Source of the DNA: Desulfovermiculus sp.
GTDB taxonomy: Bacteria; Desulfobacterota; Desulfovibrionia; Desulfovibrionales; Desulfothermaceae
Direction: 5' to 3'
Length of the DNA: 64,000 bases
NCBI GenBank assembly: GCA_034521385.1
Contig: JAXHMO010000022.1
Coordinates: 61,112 to 125,111 of the forward strand
The position numbers and the translations under genes are program-made. The notes under the pieces were generated by a model, which saw nothing but the letters and a program-made list of their open reading frames with translations, was not told the origin of the DNA and searched no databases. Below are positions 58,667 to 64,000 of the stretch, piece by piece. The stretch's first letter is position 1; each line of letters opens with the position of its first letter.

Positions 58667-59620
58667 GTGCGGGCTGAAATACACACCGCGGAATTTGAAG
58701 ACGGCCGATACTGGGTGTGGCCGGAGGGTAGGCACCAAAAAACGGAAAGGGAGGCTCGAGATAAAGAGCAGGTGGTCTGGGAATGGTCCCTGGTTTTGTG
58801 GGCCATGCGCATTCCTCACCGCATTGACCATACCCGGTCCGGCATGGCCTTAAGCATATTGGAAAACGACCTCTCCTCGGCTTACGAACAAATCAACCTG
58901 TATGAAACCGAAAATGCCGGAAGGGCGACCTATCGGGATCAAGCCCGAAGTGGGTCTGGCTCGGCCGAGTCCGTGTTTTGGGTCCTTTTGGCAGTTGCCC
59001 TGTGGCACGGAATTACTCAGCAGCAGGTCCAGGCCCTGGGTTTGGATAGTCTGGATTGGGTGGAAATGGGGCGGGTCGACGGCCGGGCGATGCTCACTCA
59101 TGGTCAGTGGTGGCGGGCGCTGACCGCCCTGACCCTGCATTCCGGTCCAGAGCATCTTCTCTCCAACCTGGTCTTCGGAGGGGTGTTCATGCACCTGGTT
59201 TGCCGGGAAATCGGCGGAGGCGTCGGCTGGATGTTAACCGTGGTGGCTGCTGGGCTGGCCAATGCCCTCAATGTCCTCATCCAAGGCCCGACACATTTGG
59301 CCATTGGGGCCTCAACCGCTGTATTTGCCGCTTTGGGCCTGCTCAGCGGATTAAGTAAGCCAAGGGAAAAGAGGTGGCCGGTGGTCCTGGCTCCCTTGGG
59401 CGCTGGTCTGGCCTTGCTGGCCTGGCTGGGCAGCGGAGGAGAACGAACTGATGTGGGGGCCCACCTGTTCGGGTTTGCCGTAGGCCTGGCCCTCAGCCTT
59501 GGTTTACGCAAGGCAGTGGCGGTGAATAAAGAGGTCATGCGTCAGATGCCCCAAGGTATGTGCGGCCTCTTTGCTTTGGGCTTGATGGTATCGGCCTGGA
59601 TACTGGCTGTGCTCAGCTGA
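58667..59620 (+). CDS. Rhomboid-family intramembrane serine protease with N-terminal cytoplasmic domain
   Basis: EHLLSNLVFGG (H..xN) and GASTAVFAALG (GxSx) motifs. The start codon is uncertain (GTG at 58667 or downstream). Confidence 0.85.
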   Translation: MRAEIHTAEFEDGRYWVWPEGRHQKTEREARDKEQVVWEWSLVLWAMRIPHRIDHTRSGMALSILENDLSSAYEQINLYETENAGRATYRDQARSGSGSAESVFWVLLAVALWHGITQQQVQALGLDSLDWVEMGRVDGRAMLTHGQWWRALTALTLHSGPEHLLSNLVFGGVFMHLVCREIGGGVGWMLTVVAAGLANALNVLIQGPTHLAIGASTAVFAALGLLSGLSKPREKRWPVVLAPLGAGLALLAWLGSGGERTDVGAHLFGFAVGLALSLGLRKAVAVNKEVMRQMPQGMCGLFALGLMVSAWILAVLS

Positions 59621-59837
59621 TGAAATCATCCGACATATAAGCCCTCCCTTGAGCACTCCAACGATATTTTTGATCCTGTTCCGTCATTCCCGCGCAGGCG
59701 GGAATCCAGTCTTGGGTTTGGAAAGGAAAGCAGAGCCTTCCCTTGGATTGTCTCACTTTTCACGTGCCAAGTCAGGCCAAACGCGTGGCCTCGTTGTACT
59801 TTAATGATTCAGCGTCCTGCAAACTTCAAAAGAAGAT

Positions 59838-60200
59838 GTGAAGGTGCCGGATATGTTTAGTTATGTTTGGCACAGGGTACGTTTGGGAGCAGGACCTGGC
59901 CGGGAAATAGACGTTTATGCCGGTGCCGGCAAGGAGCACTGGATTGCAGAGTGTAAGTGGAAAACAGGGTCCAAGGTATCTGAGAGCGAGGTTGAATCTT
60001 TTCTGGAGCTCAAGCCTTTGGTCTTGGAATGTGAAGGAAAGGGGCTTCGCATTCTCAAGATGTGGTATTTTTCCTATAGCGGTTTTACCCCTGAGGCTGA
60101 AGAATTAATGACTCAGAATGGTATTTTTTGGTCGGAGAAGCAGGATTTGAATGCAGTATTAGATATGGCCGGCCTGAGGCGTTTGCCTGAGTTGAGGTGA
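59838..60200 (+). pseudogene. 3' fragment of an ATPase-DUF234 type gene (PD-(D/E)xK-like DUF234 module only)
   Basis: GREIDVYAGAGKEHWIAECKWKTGSKVSESEVESF...WYFSYSGFTPEAEEL matches the DUF234 pattern EIDxxA...ECKW. There is no room upstream for the usual N-terminal ATPase of about 300 aa. Confidence 0.6.
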
Positions 60201-60229
60201 AAGAATTGGGTGATCCGGGCACTGACACC

Positions 60230-60420
60230 GTGGGCAAGGCGAGGGCCAGTGAGCTGGCTAGTCTTCTCTCTTCCCGCGAGTCCTCGAGCGGCAAGTAGGC
60301 CCCCGCTCTCCGAGCGGGCGGCCCTGGGGAGGAACTGATACGCGGGGTATAGGCCCAAAACCACGTGGCAGTTTCTCCGCCGAAGGGGCAGCCCCTGGGA
60401 CAGGGGCGCCCTACTGGTGA
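60230..60420. repeat. GC-rich structured element related to the 93-bp repeat family
   Basis: Motifs CTCTCCGAGCGGGCGGCCCT, AAACCACGTGGCAGTT and TCTCCGCCGAAGGGGCAGCC resemble the reverse complement of the 15805 unit. Confidence 0.5.
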
Positions 60421-60463
60421 TATAATGAGAGACAGATGTTGCGTATGAGAGAAGAAGCTGAAA

Positions 60464-62046
60464 ATGAAAAAGCTGCCTATTGGCATATCCAATTTTGCAG
60501 AGATACGCACTGAAGGTTATTACTATGTGGATAAGAGCTCTTTTGTGCATCAATTAGTCAGTGCGGGCAAATACTATTTTCTCTCCCGTCCCAGGCGGTT
60601 CGGCAAGAGCCTGTTTGTAGATACCTTAAGGTGCGCTTTTGAAGGGAAAAAAGAGCTTTTCAAGGGCCTGTATCTGGAAAAGAATTGGGATTTTGAAAAA
60701 AGTTTTCCAGTGCTGTCTTTGAGCTTTGCCGGAGGCCGGTTTTATGATTTGCAAAACTTAAATGACAATATTGAAGAGATACTGTCTTTCAATGCCGGTC
60801 GTCTAGGCCTAGAGCTCAAAGGTAAAACAATAAACGGAAGATTTAAAAACTTAATAGTTGACACTGTAGATAAGTTTGCCGACCGGGTTGTTATCTTAAT
60901 CGATGAGTACGACAAACCAATCCTGGATAATTTTGAGGATACGCCCAGGGCGGAAGAAATGCGGGACGGGCTGAAAAACTTTTACTCAGTAATCAAGGAC
61001 AGCGATGCCTCCATCAAGTTCTGCTTTATCACAGGAGTGAGCAAGTTCAGCCGGGTGAGTATATTCAGCGATTTGAATAATCTGGAGGATTTGAGCCTGA
61101 ATTCGGATATGGGAGCCATTTGTGGCTATACTCAGGCAGAGCTGGAGCACATCTTTGCAGAGCGGTTGTCTGGAGTTGATCTGCAGGAAGTGTCCAATTG
61201 GTATGATGGTTATAATTTCCTGGGAAAGAAAATGTTTACAATCCATTTGATGTGCTCTTATTTCTTAAAAACAAGAAACTCGGCAACTACTGGCTTGAAA
61301 CCGCTACTCCTAGCTTTTTGGTCAAGTTGTTGCGGCAGAGGAGATTTTATCTCCCTGATCTGGAAGGCACTGAGGTCAGTGAATCAAGTATTTCAGCCAT
61401 GTCCATGGACACGCTGCTAGCGGAAACCGTGCTTTTTCAAAGCGGCTACTTGACCATTGATCAGGTCAGACAAATGGGCCCTAGGCGATATTACCGACTG
61501 TGTTTTCCCAATCTGGAAGTACGACTTGGCTTTACTGATGCCCTGCTGGCCGGTTACACCCAGAGTCCCACTTCATTGGTCGGGGTTCAGAACCGGATGT
61601 ATCAGGCTTTGCAAAACAAGGATATGGATAAGATAAAGGTTAGCTTTCAATCTCTTTTGTCTTCAATTCCCCAAGAATGGTATATACACAATAAGATAGA
61701 TCACTATGAGGGCTACTATGCCTCGGTGGTTTATAGTTTCTTGGCTTCTTTGGGTTTTGATCTCCAGCCTGAAGAAAGCTCCAGCCACGGCCGGGCGGAT
61801 TTGGTCATTGATACCGGGCGGGTGGTCTATGTCCTGGAGTTTAAGGTCGTGGAGCTGGAAGGAGACGGAGTCAAGGCCATAGATCAGATCAAGGCCAAGG
61901 GCTATCACCAGCAGTATGTCCAGGCCGGGCGGGAGGTTATTTTAGTAGGGATGGATTTTTCCAAAACGGATCGCAATCTTGTTGGCTTTGAGTGGGAGGC
62001 CTGGGTGAAGAGCTTCCTTGCAGGAGGAGGGCTTGATCCTTTTTAG
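60464..62046 (+). pseudogene. AAA-ATPase-like + PD-(D/E)XK (PDDEXK_9/DUF1703-type) gene, disrupted by one frameshift
   Basis: MKKLPIGISNFAEIRTEGYYYVDKSSF...YYFLSRPRRFGKSLF N-terminus. The reading frame switches near 61213-61254 (frame A ...WYDGYNFLGKK; frame B GKENVYNPFDVLLFLKNKKLGNYWLETATPSFL). Visibly AT-richer than its surroundings. Confidence 0.8.
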
Positions 62047-62061
62047 AGCTTCACCGCAGCA

Positions 62062-62364
62062 TTGGCAGCCCCTGGGGACATGGTCGAAAATGTTTTATTA
62101 GATAAGGCTGGACTGAGGCGTTTGAATCGCTACGATGTATCTTCCAGAGAAGATTGCTTTGATGCTCAACTGCTTGATATTCATTTAGATAGAGAAATCC
62201 GCGATAAATTTCAGCCAAAACATTTTTTTGGAAATTATAAAAAAGACCTGCGCGTGATCTATTATGGCCTTAAAAATATCATGACTTGTTTAAACAAACC
62301 ATTAAGAACTTTTCTGTTCTTCTGCCTGATTATGCAAGAGATGAAAAGCTCTTGGAAAACATAA
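62062..62364 (+). CDS. Orphan ORF, possibly a gene fragment
   Basis: AT-rich. The N-terminal ENVLLDKAGLRRLN echoes the C-terminus of the 59838 fragment (NAVLDMAGLRRLPEL). No family recognised. Confidence 0.25.
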   Translation: MAAPGDMVENVLLDKAGLRRLNRYDVSSREDCFDAQLLDIHLDREIRDKFQPKHFFGNYKKDLRVIYYGLKNIMTCLNKPLRTFLFFCLIMQEMKSSWKT

Positions 62365-62724
62365 TATTGGTAGATGAGGACCCTTCCTATCTTTTCCCTG
62401 GCCAAGAAAAAAATATGCTTTTGTGTCCTACATTCTTCGAAAATACAATCCAGAATTGAACTTTGCAGTAAGTTCTAACCAACCAAGTTTTCAATAGGTA
62501 GGTTCAGGAGAACACGCAATGCGTTTTTTTATACCGCTGGGCTCAATGACTGAAATGAGAAACAAGACAATGAGTAGAGCTGGGACAGGCAATGTTCCTG
62601 AGCGGAGGGCAGGCCAAGATACATCAAGTGGAGACGTTCATGTACTGACAAATACGAGCAGGCCTTAAGTATTGGACCAATATACTCTCTATACCTTCCA
62701 GACGCCGGGGCATCCCCCAAGGCA

Positions 62725-62997
62725 ATGGAGCAGAGCGGTATTCCGGTCCATATACCTGAATATGCCCTGGGCAAGTGGGAGCGGCAGTCTCAGCAGTTGA
62801 AGGTCAGTTCGGAGTACAAAAAAATATTCCAGATCTTTTCCAGGCATTTTGTCCGCCAGGCACAAGATATAGGTGACCAAAAGCTCAAGCAGGAAGAAGA
62901 AGTCCTGCATACCCTCATTGACTGGGACTCCCAGGTAAACAGTTCAAAGGGAAAGCAGGATGACTGGCAGTATACTGAGCACAATCAATCCCAATAA
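62725..62997 (+). CDS. Orphan ORF (90 aa)
   Basis: An open frame ending just before the strong terminator at 63003. No family recognised. Confidence 0.25.
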   Translation: MEQSGIPVHIPEYALGKWERQSQQLKVSSEYKKIFQIFSRHFVRQAQDIGDQKLKQEEEVLHTLIDWDSQVNSSKGKQDDWQYTEHNQSQ

Positions 62998-63002
62998 TAA
63001 AT

Positions 63003-63044
63003 AAAATCCAGCCCAGAGGCCATATGGCCTCTGGGCTGGATTTT
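63003..63044. terminator. Perfect 42-bp palindrome, bidirectional intrinsic terminator
   Basis: AAAATCCAGCCCAGAGGCCAT/ATGGCCTCTGGGCTGGATTTT, with A-run and T-run flanks. Overlaps the pyk stop codon. Confidence 0.75.
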
Positions 63045-64000
63045 ATTTGGTGTAGATCTTGATTTGGTTGGTGTGCATCTCCTGCTGCCCGGGTGTGGGC
63101 TGCCCGGAGGTAATGACCACCCGGTCTCCGGACTGGAACAAGGAGGTCTCCTGGACAAATTTTTCCACCCGATCCAGATGATTGGGCATGGAGGCATCTG
63201 TTATTCGGGGCCGGACTCCCCAGTAGAAATTCAAAAGACGGATGGTGGGCAAATCCGGGGTCAGGGCATAAATGGGCTGGGCCGGGCGGCGGCTGGAGAG
63301 CAAACGGGCCGTGACCCCGCTGGTGGAATGGCAGGCCAGGGCGATGCTCTCTGTATTGTCGGCCAGGAGGCTGGCGGAATAGGCCAGGTACTTGCCCAAG
63401 TTTTTTTCTTTTTTGGGCCGATATGGACCCTGCATGCGTTCCAGGAGATAGGATTCGGCCTGCTCGGCGATTTCCTGGATAAAGCAGACTGCTTCCACAG
63501 GATAATCGCCCACGGCTGTTTCCTCGGAAAGCATGACGCAGTCGGTCCCGTCCATGATGGCGTTGGCCACGTCCGTGGTTTCCGCCCGGGTAGGCAGGGG
63601 GTTTTGGACCATGGACAAAAGCATCTGGGTGGCCACGATGCAGAATTTTTGTGCGTGCCGACAGGCCCGAATAATGCGTTTTTGCAGGACAGGGAGTTGA
63701 GGCAGTGGACACTCCAGGCCCAGGTCGCCGCGAGCGACCATGATCCCGTCGGCGGCGTATAGGATGTCGTCCAAGCGGTTCACTGCGCTGGCCCGTTCAA
63801 GTTTGGCAATGATGGGCACGATTCGGCCGTGGGCCTCCATGGCCTGCCGCAGGTCCCGAACATCTTGTTCTGCCTGGACAAAGGAGAGGGCGAAGCAGTC
63901 TATGCCAATGTCCAGGCCGTCTTTAAGGTCACTGTAGTCTTTATCGGTCATTGCGGCCAAGGGGATTTCCTTTCCCGGAAAGGTAATCCCCTTATGCGAG
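63043..64000 (-). CDS. pyk: Pyruvate kinase, C-terminal about 320 aa (5' end beyond the window)
   Basis: MVARGDLGLECP, IVATQMLLSM and TRAETTDVANAIMDGTDCVMLSEETA motifs. The frame stays open to position 64000. Confidence 0.92.
   Translation of the reverse strand, partial: SHKGITFPGKEIPLAAMTDKDYSDLKDGLDIGIDCFALSFVQAEQDVRDLRQAMEAHGRIVPIIAKLERASAVNRLDDILYAADGIMVARGDLGLECPLPQLPVLQKRIIRACRHAQKFCIVATQMLLSMVQNPLPTRAETTDVANAIMDGTDCVMLSEETAVGDYPVEAVCFIQEIAEQAESYLLERMQGPYRPKKEKNLGKYLAYSASLLADNTESIALACHSTSGVTARLLSSRRPAQPIYALTPDLPTIRLLNFYWGVRPRITDASMPNHLDRVEKFVQETSLFQSGDRVVITSGQPTPGQQEMHTNQIKIYTK

Noticed and set aside
59686-59705. ATTCCCGCGCAGGCGGGAAT, matching the ATTCCC-N8-GGGAAT form of Neisseria dRS3-type repeats
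   Set aside because: There is a single copy in the window and a short palindrome could arise by chance or be a generic REP. No associated element is present.
62529-62774. 81-aa minus-strand ORF in the AT-rich islet
   Set aside because: It has no SD, it overlaps two plus-strand ORFs, and its translation shows no recognisable features. It was left uncalled.

Overview
This is a chromosomal, mostly housekeeping window from a Gram-negative bacterium (lpxB, Tol-Pal, HflKC). Gene content and order look Desulfobacterota/Desulfovibrionales-like, but that is inference only. I call about 60 intact protein genes, 2 tRNAs and 3-4 gene remnants.

Landmarks:
- rpoZ/dnaJ, ttcA-dus, ispH, rnc-rnhA-PMM and hflKC.
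- A minus-strand superoperon: tRNA-Gly/rimP-nusA-ylxR-infB-DUF503-rbfA-DHH ... truB-rpsO-pnp, then lpxB.
- nadK-mltA-gatB-mtnA-der-ilvE-dnaX-ybaB-recR-tRNA-Leu.
- A long minus-strand run: DUF493-fxsA-ubiD-AI2E-...-LysM-dynamin-zupT.
- murJ, pckA, larC/nth, cutA-miaB-BFN-PHP-tolQRAB-pal, rhomboid and pyk.

I found no intact transposase, integrase, prophage, CRISPR array, cas gene or recognisable complete defence or toxin system. I could not identify a convincing novel protein-based system.

The unusual content is non-coding. Almost every intergenic gap over 100 bp is filled by a combinatorial mosaic of short structured repeat modules, named here:
- A: hairpin TCCCGCCTTTGGCGGGA.
- B: 25-nt hairpin TCAGCTTTGCCTCCGGCAAATCTGA.
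- C: T-run/GC-clamp/A-run hairpin.
- D: TTGCCRGTTTGATC..GAATGAAACTGGCAAAG.
- E: GGGCCCGGCACTCACTT inverted pair.
- F: heptamer runs.
- G: GGTAATTTTGTTCTCAGGTGTAAGG.
- H: CCCGATTCATGCGGATA..ACTGATCGGGCAAAT.
- K: TTCGTTCCCAGGGTCCTCCCTGGG..GGCTCCGGCCATCTTCTT.

Highlights:
- Module B occurs 7 times, and one copy carries a compensatory base-pair change.
- STRR-like heptanucleotide arrays reach 14 units and bracket larC-nth.
- A 93-bp x3.4 tandem array sits inside the infB...pnp operon.
- A visibly AT-richer patch (59.6-63.0 kb) contains only decayed genes.

All coordinates were hand-counted and may be off by 1-2 nt. Gene calls rest on motif recognition in the supplied translations, not on database searches.
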